IMG/VR virus record: IMGVR_UViG_3300037466_003648
Span: 128,001 to 192,000 of that record
Strand: one strand, 5' to 3'
Length of the DNA: 64,000 bases
Origin: a virus
Taxonomy: Duplodnaviria; Caudoviricetes
The notes under the pieces were generated by a model. The model searched no databases. It was not told the DNA's origin and saw only the letters and a program-made list of their open reading frames with translations. Made by a program: the position numbers and the translations under genes. Positions 45,611-55,225 of this stretch are shown in pieces. How positions within the stretch are numbered: the first letter of the stretch is position 1; every line of letters starts with the position of its first letter.

Positions 45611-46411
45611 CTAGAAGGTCAGGATCAACACGAGCGCGTCGCGGCCATTCAGACGGCGAGGGATCGGCTGGTCGTTGTAGTACCACTCCAGGAGCCCGTC
45701 GGTGAGCCACTCGGCCGGAACGGTCTTCTGACCCGGCTGCGCCTGACCGGGGAAGGTGACGTGCGAGAGCACACCCACCTGACGGTACTGGAAGCGGGTG
45801 GCGGCCGACAGGTTCGTCACGTAGCGACCGGCGTACACGGCGTCTGGCAACGGATCGGCCAAGTGGATCGTCTTTGCGCCCGTGTCAACCGCGTCCACCG
45901 TGGTGTTCAGTCCGTCGACGCCGTCCACGATCACGTTGTCACCCACCTGGTAACCCGCCGCGGACTTCAGTGTCAGCGTCTGGCTGCCCGCATCCGCGGT
46001 GACCGTCAGGAACGAGTCGTTTGCCTTGATCGGCACGCCGTTGTAGTCGAAGCTGCCCTTGACCATCACCCAGCGGCAACCCTGTGCCATGGCCTGCTGG
46101 GTGGTGACCGTGCGCCACTTCTGGCCGTAAGCTTCGATGGTGCCCGCGTTGTCCGGCACCACGAGCGAGAGGTCCACCTTCACGGCGGCCACGGGCTCGG
46201 CGAGCGCCGTCGTCGCGGGGTTGGGGATCGGCGGCACGGTATCGCTTACCGTCTGGTTCGGCGGCGAAGTCAGTGGATCGGTGCCCGACCAGGAGGTGGG
46301 CTTGCCCAGCACCGCCCACACGTCCGTGCGAGCGGCAAAGTCGAGGGCGCGGGCGACGTGACCACCCAAAGCGGTGGTGCCAGCAAAGCGAGGGTTAATG
46401 GGCAGCGGCAT
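45611..46411 (-). CDS. baseplate wedge subunit
   Basis: 266 aa; HVARAL.F...WAVLGK...W...P and YRQVGV motifs typical of myovirus wedge proteins; synteny. Confidence 0.6.
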   Translation of the reverse strand: MPLPINPRFAGTTALGGHVARALDFAARTDVWAVLGKPTSWSGTDPLTSPPNQTVSDTVPPIPNPATTALAEPVAAVKVDLSLVVPDNAGTIEAYGQKWRTVTTQQAMAQGCRWVMVKGSFDYNGVPIKANDSFLTVTADAGSQTLTLKSAAGYQVGDNVIVDGVDGLNTTVDAVDTGAKTIHLADPLPDAVYAGRYVTNLSAATRFQYRQVGVLSHVTFPGQAQPGQKTVPAEWLTDGLLEWYYNDQPIPRRLNGRDALVLILTF

Positions 46412-46419
46412 GGGCTCTC

Positions 46420-47403
46420 CTAGGCTAGCAGGACACCGGGTTCGTCCAGCTCGGTGCCGTCATCCAGCGAGACCTCGTAAGTGATGATCGGTCCTGCCTG
46501 GAGGTCCGTCACGGCATTCAGGTCTGCCAAAGGATCGGTGAGCACGGGCACGAAGGTCGGCACACCAGTTTGCGCCGAGGTCAGCATATCGACGGAAAGT
46601 GTGTAACTACTGTGCAAGTCCTGGAAGCGCAGTCCCATGCCCCACGACAACAGCACACCCGCGGGCACACCCGCGATCGACAGGGTCGGCTCGAAGTTGA
46701 AGTCTGCCACCTCGAAGTCGAAGCCGGTCCCGGCCGACTCGATCGTGGTTTCCACCGCATCGGACACCAGGTAGTCGTTGTCGCTGGTGCCGTTCATCGA
46801 GAGGTTGGTCGAGATGATGCGGGCGAACCACGGCAACACACCGCCACCCTTGACCCGTTCCAGGATCTCATCGATGTCGTCGGGAACCGTGTCGTTGGTC
46901 TGGATCTCGAAGGTCGCACCGCGGTGGTAGCGCGCATCCGTCAGGTAACGCCCATACCACGGTTCGCCCCAGATGATGACGTCGTTGCCAGGCTCGTAGA
47001 GCTGGGCGTCTACCTGACCGTTGGTCAGCAAGGGCACCAGATCGGCCAACGCCCGAGGCGTCACACGGGCGGCGCGCAGCTCGCGCTCCAAGCGCAGCGC
47101 ATAGGTCACGTTGCTCTCGCCGCTCTTGCGGGGCAGCTCCAGGATCGCGCCGAACGCGTCGAGTTGGGCCGTGTCTTCTTGGGGGATCAGCACCTCGTAG
47201 CGCTGGGTCTCGATCGCCATGCGCAGGTCGGCCGCCACCTTCGACCAGGCACGAATCTCCTTGCCCAGCTCGCGGTCGCCGTCCAGCGAACGACGCTCGA
47301 ACCAGCGGTAGCCGGTCGGAATCCACGACGCAAAGGTGCGGACGGTCAGCCGCCGCAACAGCTCGCGCGAGGGCTTGATGTTGGCGCGGTTAAACGTGGC
47401 CAT
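46420..47403 (-). CDS. baseplate wedge protein (P2 gpI-like)
   Basis: LDAFGAILELPRKSGESNVTYALRL motif, directly after baseplate J. Confidence 0.65.
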   Translation of the reverse strand: MATFNRANIKPSRELLRRLTVRTFASWIPTGYRWFERRSLDGDRELGKEIRAWSKVAADLRMAIETQRYEVLIPQEDTAQLDAFGAILELPRKSGESNVTYALRLERELRAARVTPRALADLVPLLTNGQVDAQLYEPGNDVIIWGEPWYGRYLTDARYHRGATFEIQTNDTVPDDIDEILERVKGGGVLPWFARIISTNLSMNGTSDNDYLVSDAVETTIESAGTGFDFEVADFNFEPTLSIAGVPAGVLLSWGMGLRFQDLHSSYTLSVDMLTSAQTGVPTFVPVLTDPLADLNAVTDLQAGPIITYEVSLDDGTELDEPGVLLA

Positions 47404-48523
47404 GGACCGTCACCGTTCGCGGACGGAAGGTCTGCTGGGGCAGGATGGGGACCTCGTCACCCACCGCGCCCACGACCGCCGCCGTCGCGCCCACCACGTT
47501 CTCCACCTGGAAGGCCATTGCCGCCACATGCGAGACGCACAGCTCCTGACCCTGGCCCCACTGGCTCAACTGCTCCGTCACGTACGCCTGCACGGCACTC
47601 TCGACGGAGGCCACCGACACGTTGGCCGTGCGATCGACCGTCACGTTGACCGTCACATCGCCCAGCAACTTCTCCATGGCCTTCGCACGCAGGACGACAC
47701 CACCGCAGCGCCAGTCGAAGCCGATACTCAAGACTTCTGCCTTCTGATCGTTGGTCAGTGTGACGTTGGAGGATCCGTCATCGATGAACGCGGTCATGTA
47801 ACCGACCATTGGCAGGTACTCGACCAGGGCGAAGCTGCGAATCCACGAGATGCCCGCCAAAGCCGTGTAAACGGCCTTGTAGGTCCCGCGTGTCAGGGAG
47901 AGCAAGTAGCTGCCAAAGCGCAGACGGAAGGCGTCGTCCTTCTCGCGATCGGCGCCCTGGCTAAGGCTCGTGACGGGGTTGTTGCGTGCGTCGAGTCCGT
48001 TGCCCACGTAGAGGGTGTACGCGGCGGCGACCGTGCTGCGCAACGGAGTAAGCACGGTGCCCGCGGGTAGGTTGTACTTCGCGCCGGTCGCGGTGCACTG
48101 GATGGGGAAGACCGCGTAGGGGCTGCCCAGGGTGACCGTGCCGGTCGACGAGAAGGTTGCGTCGCCCAGCGACAGCAGCTCGCCGGGGTTCACCGCGATG
48201 GAGGGTGCCGAATTGGACTTGGGGATCGCGATGGCGAAGCCCACCGCCTGCGCTCCCTGCTTGCGGTAGAGTCCGAAGATGTTCGCCAACAGGTCCAGCG
48301 CAACGTCTCGCGCGGTGGCGGGGTTCGAATCCCGCTGCACCTCTACCAGAGCGCGCCAGCAGTCCGAGACCACGCGAGCGAAGCCACGCGACTGGACCTT
48401 GATCTTCGATCCCTGGTTCCAGTCGTCAATGCTGGCCGACTCCGCCGTTGGATCGGTCGGGTCGACCAGCTCCGAGGCGATGTCGTCCATCACGTCTTCG
48501 ATGCTCTTGGCAATGATGGCCAT
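47390..48523 (-). CDS. baseplate J-like protein
   Basis: LDLLANIFGLYRK, IQCTATGAKYNLPAG, GADREKDDAFRLR motifs. Confidence 0.85.
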   Translation of the reverse strand: MAIIAKSIEDVMDDIASELVDPTDPTAESASIDDWNQGSKIKVQSRGFARVVSDCWRALVEVQRDSNPATARDVALDLLANIFGLYRKQGAQAVGFAIAIPKSNSAPSIAVNPGELLSLGDATFSSTGTVTLGSPYAVFPIQCTATGAKYNLPAGTVLTPLRSTVAAAYTLYVGNGLDARNNPVTSLSQGADREKDDAFRLRFGSYLLSLTRGTYKAVYTALAGISWIRSFALVEYLPMVGYMTAFIDDGSSNVTLTNDQKAEVLSIGFDWRCGGVVLRAKAMEKLLGDVTVNVTVDRTANVSVASVESAVQAYVTEQLSQWGQGQELCVSHVAAMAFQVENVVGATAAVVGAVGDEVPILPQQTFRPRTVTVHGHV

Positions 48524-48532
48524 GTCGAACTC

Positions 48533-49009
48533 CTACGCGGCGGGGGCGAGACCAGCGGTCAGGGCATTGTTCGACCGCTTGAGGATCAGGTTGAGCGGCT
48601 GGGGCACGTTCAGGATCGTGAACTTGATCTCGAAGTGAATGCCTTGCTGTTCGAGGTTGGTGATGGTGTAATCCACCGTCTGGAGTTGGATGCGGGGCTG
48701 GTTCGCAGCCACGCTGTGAATGTGGTCCACCATGTTGTTGATCCACGCAGGCGTCATGGGTTCCGACAGTTGGGCGTAAGCGTTGTTGCCGTAGTCCTCG
48801 TCGATGACCTTCAGCCCGTCGATGTCGTAGATGTAGCGTCCCAGGTAGCCCAGTGGGGTGACCAACTCGCGGATGAACGCGTTGACCACGTTCTCGATGC
48901 CGCTGATGGTTCCCCAGTCGGACCCCGAAGCCGCCACATCACCTTGCGCGGTGGTGGCGAGGTCGGTCCCCAGGAAACTGGGATCGAAAGGCTGACTGAA
49001 CGCGCTCAC
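48533..49009 (-). CDS. baseplate wedge protein, gp25/gpW-like
   Basis: GIENVVNAFIRELVTPLG...YG...PRI pattern; directly upstream of baseplate J. Confidence 0.7.
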   Translation of the reverse strand: MSAFSQPFDPSFLGTDLATTAQGDVAASGSDWGTISGIENVVNAFIRELVTPLGYLGRYIYDIDGLKVIDEDYGNNAYAQLSEPMTPAWINNMVDHIHSVAANQPRIQLQTVDYTITNLEQQGIHFEIKFTILNVPQPLNLILKRSNNALTAGLAPAA

Positions 49010-49029
49010 GGGTACGATCTCCCAAGCCT

Positions 49030-49057
49030 AGCCTCCGGCATCGGGGAGGCTCTTTTC
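49030..49057 (+). terminator. hairpin with a U-tract on the + (antisense) strand
   Basis: AGCCTCC 49030-49036 / GGAGGCT 49045-49051, followed by CTTTTC. Confidence 0.45.
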
Positions 49058-49063
49058 TGGGCG

Positions 49064-52042
49064 CTAGTCGCCCTGCAGCTTTCTCAGTACGTCCTTGGGT
49101 TGACTGTACGGTGCCGCGCACGGTACGGGGTTGCGCTGACCACGCGTCGGAAGCACCGCAGGCGCCTTGTCCTTGGTGGTGTCCAGCGCCGGGGGATCGA
49201 CGTGCTTGTTGGTCACCGTCCGGGGCGAAGGCTTCGATGTAGGGTTCAGGTCAATCCGGCCGGAGGGGTCCATCACGATGCACGCGGCACCCAGTTGGAT
49301 GACCAACTTGTTGCCCGTCACGTCGATCTGCGCCTTGCCTCCATCCACGTCCAGCGTGATCGAGGTCTTGTCGCCGACCTGCGTTCCCTCCTGACCGAAG
49401 TAGTACGCCTTCTTGGCCGTCTGGATCAGCTCGTTCTTGACGATCAGCTGCCACGCGCCCGTCATGAAGCCCGTTGCCTTCTCGATCAGGTGGTAGAGCC
49501 ACTGACCTCGCACGTCGTGCGCATCGGCCTCGGACAGCTTGTGCTGCGCCTGGTGTACCAACATACGCGCGGTCTGGCGAACCACCGGTGCTTCGTGTGC
49601 GATGGACGACCCCGCCTGCTGCAGCGAGAACTTGGACTGGTGAACGTGCCCTTCCGACTGCTGATCCAGCTTCACGCCCGTGGTCTTCGCCAAGGTCGTC
49701 GAGGCAAGCGCATTGGCGGTCTCCTTGACGATGCGCTCGACGTGTGCCGCACGCGCGGTTGGCAGATCGGTGATCTCCGCGTCTACCAGCATCTTGGCAG
49801 CGCCCGCCACCGACGGCACCGACTTGGTCAACACGCTCTTGATGGTGTCGTGCTGATGCTCCAGCGCACCCGACAGGTACGCCTGGGTGTCGGTGTTCTC
49901 CTTCAGGTGGTTGATGTCGTTGGCCTCCTCGGCCGACTCCACCGTCGTGCCGCCGCGTGCCTGGGCCAACATCTCCGTGGCCGCGGCCATCGTCTTCTGC
50001 TGGTGGTCGAGGAGATCCTGGGTGGCAGTGACTGCCGCGGGCATACCCGCGTGGACCATGTCCATCGCCGAGCCACTGTCCACGTTCGCCAGGGACTGCA
50101 TGTAGGTGGTGTAGGCACCACCCGCCGTGACTTCCTTGGCGTGCTCCGTGCCCACCTTGGCCATCTTGGAGATGCGGTTGACGGTCTCCTTCTCGTTGCC
50201 CTCGTTCTTCTCGATGAGCAACAGCGAGCGTGTCATGATGGCCTGATTCGAGGCAGCATACGCGACCTCGGGACCGATGTGACCGCCGAAGTTGTTCAGG
50301 ATGTCCGGGGCCGCGGCCACCAGCGCTCGCAGATCCGTCGAGCCGAAGGGCTGTAGAGGATCGAGCACGGTGTGCGTCAGCGTCTTCTCTTCGGCCGTGA
50401 GCACATCGCTGGTGTCAACGTGGACGATGTCGACACCCAGGTTGTTCCAGACACCGATCCAGTTGACGATCGTGTCGTGCTGGTCGTTGGTCAAGCGGTT
50501 GTTCGTAAAGTTGCTCGCCAGCTGGTCGGGCGCGCCAAGCACGGTCGGCCGGGCCAGGTAGCTCTCGTGCAGGTCGCGCACGAACGACACGAACGCCCCG
50601 CCGAACGCCGTCGAGTGGGACACCATCCGCGGAATGGTGCCCGGCTTCAGCGCGATGATGGCCTGGTAGACCTGCTGGAATGCCAACAGGACTTCCAGCA
50701 GCTGTGCGTAGCGCGGATCACCCGCCTGGTAGTACGAAGGCAGCGACGATACCATGCTGTCGTAGCGCGGATCGGGGTCGGTCACGAACTTCGCGATCTC
50801 ACCAGCATAGGGCGAACCCAGTCGCTGGGCAATCGCGACCGGCGCATGGCCCACCAGGCTCTTGCCTGCAGCGGGCTCGCCGTCGTCCGCGTACGCCGCG
50901 TGCATCAGGTTGCCTGGCATTGCGCCCGTAGGGCAACGGCTGACCTGGGACAGGCTCTGACGCACCTGATCGGGGCGGTGGATCGGTGGCACTGGATCGT
51001 GCTTCAGTCCGCAGTCGAAGCGCCAGCCGTGCAGCAGCTGGTGCAGGCCATCGGCCAGGTTGAGCGGTGCAAGCATCGCCATGCGCAGCATGCCGTCGAG
51101 CTGCATACCGAGGGCAGGCAGTCCCAGCCCTTGAGCAGCGAGCTGGGCGGCACGCGACAGGCTGTCGGCACCGCCGCCGAACAGACACTGACCGCCGACC
51201 GCGTTGAAGAGGTCGTTGCCCAGCTTCAGCGCGTTGTCCAGGAAGCTCAGCGGGTTGCCACCCGGCTGGTTCGGCCAGTCGCTGCGCATGCCGGAACTGC
51301 TGAACGAGCCGTACTTGCCATGCTTCTTGTTGGGGTCGCGGATGCCCAGCGGGATCTGGCGGATGGGCACCATCGCTGCCGCCTGGTTAGTGGCATCGGC
51401 CAGACCGGAACTTGCGAAGCCCGTCAACCAGTCCACGCCGTCACCCAGTCCATTCAGCAGACTGGCCATGCCGTCGCCCAGCGCCTTGGCGCCCAAGTCG
51501 GCGATGGCTGCCGCCTTGTTGCCCAGCGCGTTGATGAAGTCCAGGACATGCTGTGGCGTGCTCGCGATCGAGATCAGCAGGCTGGAGAACTCGCCCAACA
51601 CCTCGGCCCCCACAGTAGGCGCGACCTTGGCGATCTCCTTCGAGATGTGCTGCGGCTGCGTGGGCGTCGAGACGATGGTGTCCTCGTCCGAGTCCTTCGT
51701 GCTCACTCGCGGATCGTTGTGGTCGTAGTTGACCCCTGGCGTGGTGAACGGCAGCTGGAAGTCGGCCAGGAAGCCGCCCCCGAACACAGGCGCGCTCGTG
51801 CCGGGACAGCAGATCTCCGGGAAGGTGATCTGGGGCAGGTGCAGCTCAGGTAGCTGGAACGAGAACGACGGCAGCGTCAGCTGGGGGAACGCGAAGCAAG
51901 GATGGTCCGACTCCGGGATGTCGATGTTGTGCTCCGCCACCACCGGACCCGGCGCGATCTGGATGTCGGCGTTCGTCACGTCGTCGGGGTTGCCGCCAGG
52001 CGGGAACCCGTCGGTGTTGATGATGTCGTCTCCGATACCCAT
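49064..52042 (-). CDS. large baseplate spike-related protein (C-terminal gp5/VgrG beta-helix-like strands)
   Basis: C-terminal short repeating beta strands ending ITLDVDG..IDVTG.KLVIQLG..CIVMDPSGRIDLNP. Confidence 0.5.
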   Translation of the reverse strand: MGIGDDIINTDGFPPGGNPDDVTNADIQIAPGPVVAEHNIDIPESDHPCFAFPQLTLPSFSFQLPELHLPQITFPEICCPGTSAPVFGGGFLADFQLPFTTPGVNYDHNDPRVSTKDSDEDTIVSTPTQPQHISKEIAKVAPTVGAEVLGEFSSLLISIASTPQHVLDFINALGNKAAAIADLGAKALGDGMASLLNGLGDGVDWLTGFASSGLADATNQAAAMVPIRQIPLGIRDPNKKHGKYGSFSSSGMRSDWPNQPGGNPLSFLDNALKLGNDLFNAVGGQCLFGGGADSLSRAAQLAAQGLGLPALGMQLDGMLRMAMLAPLNLADGLHQLLHGWRFDCGLKHDPVPPIHRPDQVRQSLSQVSRCPTGAMPGNLMHAAYADDGEPAAGKSLVGHAPVAIAQRLGSPYAGEIAKFVTDPDPRYDSMVSSLPSYYQAGDPRYAQLLEVLLAFQQVYQAIIALKPGTIPRMVSHSTAFGGAFVSFVRDLHESYLARPTVLGAPDQLASNFTNNRLTNDQHDTIVNWIGVWNNLGVDIVHVDTSDVLTAEEKTLTHTVLDPLQPFGSTDLRALVAAAPDILNNFGGHIGPEVAYAASNQAIMTRSLLLIEKNEGNEKETVNRISKMAKVGTEHAKEVTAGGAYTTYMQSLANVDSGSAMDMVHAGMPAAVTATQDLLDHQQKTMAAATEMLAQARGGTTVESAEEANDINHLKENTDTQAYLSGALEHQHDTIKSVLTKSVPSVAGAAKMLVDAEITDLPTARAAHVERIVKETANALASTTLAKTTGVKLDQQSEGHVHQSKFSLQQAGSSIAHEAPVVRQTARMLVHQAQHKLSEADAHDVRGQWLYHLIEKATGFMTGAWQLIVKNELIQTAKKAYYFGQEGTQVGDKTSITLDVDGGKAQIDVTGNKLVIQLGAACIVMDPSGRIDLNPTSKPSPRTVTNKHVDPPALDTTKDKAPAVLPTRGQRNPVPCAAPYSQPKDVLRKLQGD

Positions 52043-52830
52043 TACATGCCCTCCGGCAAGCTGCCCGCGGCAAGCGCTCCGGCGCCCTGCCCGATGGCAA
52101 CCGTGTCCGCCTGCGCCATCACCTGGCGCGCGTGCGTCAATGCGGTCGAGGTGGTGGCCTTCTCTGCCTGTCCGATCTGCTTCGAGATCGCGGCGAAGCC
52201 TTGGGCCAGTCCGCCCATGTTGGTGGGGTCGAGCTTCGCCGCCATGTCCGCTGCCTGGGCCAGCGAGTTGGCCGCGAACATGCCGTGCATCTCGGGCTCG
52301 GTCTGGGAAAGACCCTTGTGCCGGGTGTCCGTGGCACCCTGCGCGTGATGGGTCTCTTTGCCCACGATGAGCTGGCTGTGACCACCCTGGTCGTCCAGCA
52401 TCTGGATCGAACCGGGGGTGTAGTCATAACCAGAGCCCAAGCGCCCCTGCACGGCGTAGAAGTTCTTCTGATCCTTGAGCGAGGGATGCGAGGGAGCGGG
52501 GTAGTCGCCCTCCGAGTACATGACGCCCGTGACCTCGGCCTGGCCGACACCACCGTGCTTGCCGTGCTTCATCTCGACCTTGACTTCGGCCCCGTCGTGC
52601 GGCAGGGCGTGGATCCCCGTACCCGCTCCGGCCGACCACGGCACCGACACCCGCACGTTGTGCAGGGTGATGTTCATGAGGGGCAAGTAGACGTCGACGC
52701 GGTGCGGATCGCTCTTCTGCGATCCCTCCACCACACGGCCGGTCATTGGACCCTTGGCGGGGTCCGCCCACTGGTCGTTGTAATGGCCGAAGGTGTCGTC
52801 CCAGGTAGGGCGGTTGAAGCCGAAGTCCAT
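52042..52830 (-). CDS. baseplate spike N-terminal OB-fold protein (gp5/gpV/VgrG-like)
   Basis: GRVV....DPHRVDVYLP...VRVSVPWSAGAGTGIHALPHDGAEVKVE; GGAGG RBS before ATG 52830. Confidence 0.7.
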   Translation of the reverse strand: MDFGFNRPTWDDTFGHYNDQWADPAKGPMTGRVVEGSQKSDPHRVDVYLPLMNITLHNVRVSVPWSAGAGTGIHALPHDGAEVKVEMKHGKHGGVGQAEVTGVMYSEGDYPAPSHPSLKDQKNFYAVQGRLGSGYDYTPGSIQMLDDQGGHSQLIVGKETHHAQGATDTRHKGLSQTEPEMHGMFAANSLAQAADMAAKLDPTNMGGLAQGFAAISKQIGQAEKATTSTALTHARQVMAQADTVAIGQGAGALAAGSLPEGM

Positions 52831-52831
52831 A

Positions 52832-54460
52832 CTAACCTCCCGACGCCGACGTGTCCTGGGTGTTGCCCAGGCTGTCGAGCGTGATGGGCTTGCCATTGTT
52901 GGTCTGGTGCACGATGTAAGGCGCCCAGTCCTGACCGGGTGGCTTCTCGGCCGTACTCATGGCCTTCTTGACCGCGTTGATGGTCTTGATCTTGTTCTCG
53001 TCGGCTTCCGCAAAGGCAATGGCCGTCTTGAAGCCCTTGGCAGGACCCTGAGCCACCAGCTGGTGCGTGACGGCTTCGGCGCGGAAGGTCTCGCCCTCGA
53101 AGAAGCCGAAGTTGAAGATGCGAACGGCCGTGCCCGCGCGCACCCCCTCGTCGCCGGGGATGATCGCCGTACCCGCCCGCACGTCCTTGCCCCAGATGCG
53201 GAACATGGCGTCCACGAGTCCTTGGGCATTCGCGATGTCGGTCGAGGTGATCGTGTCGTCGAAGATGTAGCGCGTGCGGCGCGTGAAGTGGCGCAGACCG
53301 GGGAACGCATCGGGGATGTTGGCCGCGAAGAAGCGGTCATCGGGCAGACGGCCCGAGACATTCACCACACCGGCGCTGGGCAACGCGGGATCGCCCGCGC
53401 TCTTGTTCTGCGCCTGCGGGTTGACCACGATCAGTTCGGAGATGGTGCCGATCGTGCTCCAGTCGGTCTCAGCCGAGATGACGTTGGGCGGATAAGTCAC
53501 CCCGTTGATCGTTGCGGGCACGAGGAACGACAACACGTAGGGGTTGTCGAAGTTGTCCGTGAAGCGGGTCTTCCAGGAGATCTGACCGCCGCCGTTCTGC
53601 TCGTCACCGATCTCCGCGAACAGCTCGCGCGGCTGTGCCTCCAGGCTGGCGATGTGCTTGATCACCTCCAACGGGAAGCGGTTCATGATGTTGAAGCCCA
53701 TGATGCCGCCGTCCACGTCCTGGGGCGGGGTCACCGGGCGCGTCGACTTCTCGATGGCCGGGGCGGTCAGCGCCCGCGTGTCGTTGGACGCGGTCTTGTA
53801 CTCCGTGTCACCCGGCTGGAAGTGCTCGACCAGGGGCGCGGGCAGGCAACCACCGTTGGAACCGGCATAGATGAGCCAGCCGATGATCTTGTGCTTGTCC
53901 AGGACACCGGAGTTGAAGTCCTTGGCGGCAATGCCCATCGCATCGGCAACCTCGTTGAGGGTCAGGGGCTGTTCTTGCGAGCGCACGGCGCCTGCCCCGG
54001 CGCTCTGGTAGATCTGCCAGTTCTGTCCGAAGATCTGACCACTGAACTTGTTGTCGATCAGGAACCGCATGGAGTCACGGCACGAGATCGTGACCTTGAC
54101 GCCCTTCGAGGTGCACTTGGCGTTGATGGTGTCGACGTAGCCGAAGAAGACGCGGTTGCGGCGTGTGACCAGCTTGTCGCTGAACAACGCGCTCGCGTAG
54201 CCCATGTCGATGATGATGGGATCTTCCGGTGCGATGTCCAGTTCCTTGGCGAGATCGAGCTTGCGATCGTTGGTCGACAGGATGCGGCGCGTCAGGGTGA
54301 ACTGCGCGCTGGACGACGCCCACAGGCGGGTCTGAGAAACCTTGGCCGAGAAGAGCTTCCACGGGGTACCACGACCGAAAACGGGGTCGGGGCTTGTCGC
54401 CCGCCCCGTTCGGTCCGCCCGGTAGACAGCTCCCCACGGAAACGTGTGGTGCTGGCTCAT
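52832..54460 (-). CDS. baseplate hub protein (gp27/gpD-like)
   Basis: VFFGYVDTI...VTISCRD; GDEGVRAG..V.I...F..E.V.H motifs; synteny. Confidence 0.75.
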   Translation of the reverse strand: MSQHHTFPWGAVYRADRTGRATSPDPVFGRGTPWKLFSAKVSQTRLWASSSAQFTLTRRILSTNDRKLDLAKELDIAPEDPIIIDMGYASALFSDKLVTRRNRVFFGYVDTINAKCTSKGVKVTISCRDSMRFLIDNKFSGQIFGQNWQIYQSAGAGAVRSQEQPLTLNEVADAMGIAAKDFNSGVLDKHKIIGWLIYAGSNGGCLPAPLVEHFQPGDTEYKTASNDTRALTAPAIEKSTRPVTPPQDVDGGIMGFNIMNRFPLEVIKHIASLEAQPRELFAEIGDEQNGGGQISWKTRFTDNFDNPYVLSFLVPATINGVTYPPNVISAETDWSTIGTISELIVVNPQAQNKSAGDPALPSAGVVNVSGRLPDDRFFAANIPDAFPGLRHFTRRTRYIFDDTITSTDIANAQGLVDAMFRIWGKDVRAGTAIIPGDEGVRAGTAVRIFNFGFFEGETFRAEAVTHQLVAQGPAKGFKTAIAFAEADENKIKTINAVKKAMSTAEKPPGQDWAPYIVHQTNNGKPITLDSLGNTQDTSASGG

Positions 54461-54463
54461 TGG

Positions 54464-55156
54464 TTAGCTGAAGTTCGTGAGGTTCGGTTGGGTGCCGGGA
54501 ATCGTGTTCGCCACACCGTCCTGGAACGACTTGAAGAAGTTGCCCTGACCACCGATGTTCTTGGCCGGGGTGTCGTTCGACAACGTCGGCGTCTTGAGAC
54601 CGTCGATGATCGAGTAGTCCGACGTGATGGCCGTGAAGCCCTCGGCGACGCCCTGCCACTGCACGGCGACAACGTGACGACCCGACGTGGCCGCCAAGTG
54701 CCAGGAGTCGATCTTGCAGGTCTCCAGAACGAAGCGACCCGTGACGTCGCGGTTCCAGGTACCGTCGATGTCGATCGAGCTGATCGCGCCTTCCAGCACG
54801 TCCGCGTCGACCGGGTTCATCGAGAAGGTGATCTCGAAGCGCGGCGAGCGGCCGAAGCGCTTGCGGCGGGTGATCTGGTTGAAGCCGAAGGTCTGCTGGA
54901 AGACGTTGACGTCGAGCAGGCCCTTCTCCAGAACGTAGGCGATCTGGAACTCACCGTCCAGGTAGCGCGGGTAGCGCTGGCCCATCTCCAGGTAGATCTC
55001 GGTGGCGTTGCGGACGGTCATCACGATCGACGTGAACTGACCGAGCAGCACCTTGCCACCCGAGGACTGGTCGGCCACCCAGCAGCCGACGTCAAAGCCC
55101 TGAAGGGGGTCGGCGCCGCCCTGGTTGAGCATGTTGGACTTGATGCTACCGGCCAT
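54464..55156 (-). CDS. tail tube protein (paralogue 2)
   Basis: GFDVG...LGQFT...YLDGE.QI...LEKGLLDVN; follows the sheath region. Confidence 0.7.
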   Translation of the reverse strand: MAGSIKSNMLNQGGADPLQGFDVGCWVADQSSGGKVLLGQFTSIVMTVRNATEIYLEMGQRYPRYLDGEFQIAYVLEKGLLDVNVFQQTFGFNQITRRKRFGRSPRFEITFSMNPVDADVLEGAISSIDIDGTWNRDVTGRFVLETCKIDSWHLAATSGRHVVAVQWQGVAEGFTAITSDYSIIDGLKTPTLSNDTPAKNIGGQGNFFKSFQDGVANTIPGTQPNLTNFS

Positions 55157-55225
55157 CTTGGTGACTCCTCTTCTTCAGGGACCGCTCCTCATGGTAAGGA
55201 TGTGGTCATGTGTGATCTGGGCGCT

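Noticed and set aside
48318-48335. GGTTCGAATCC tRNA T-loop-like sequence
   Set aside because: inside the baseplate J CDS; no acceptor, D or anticodon arms and no CCA
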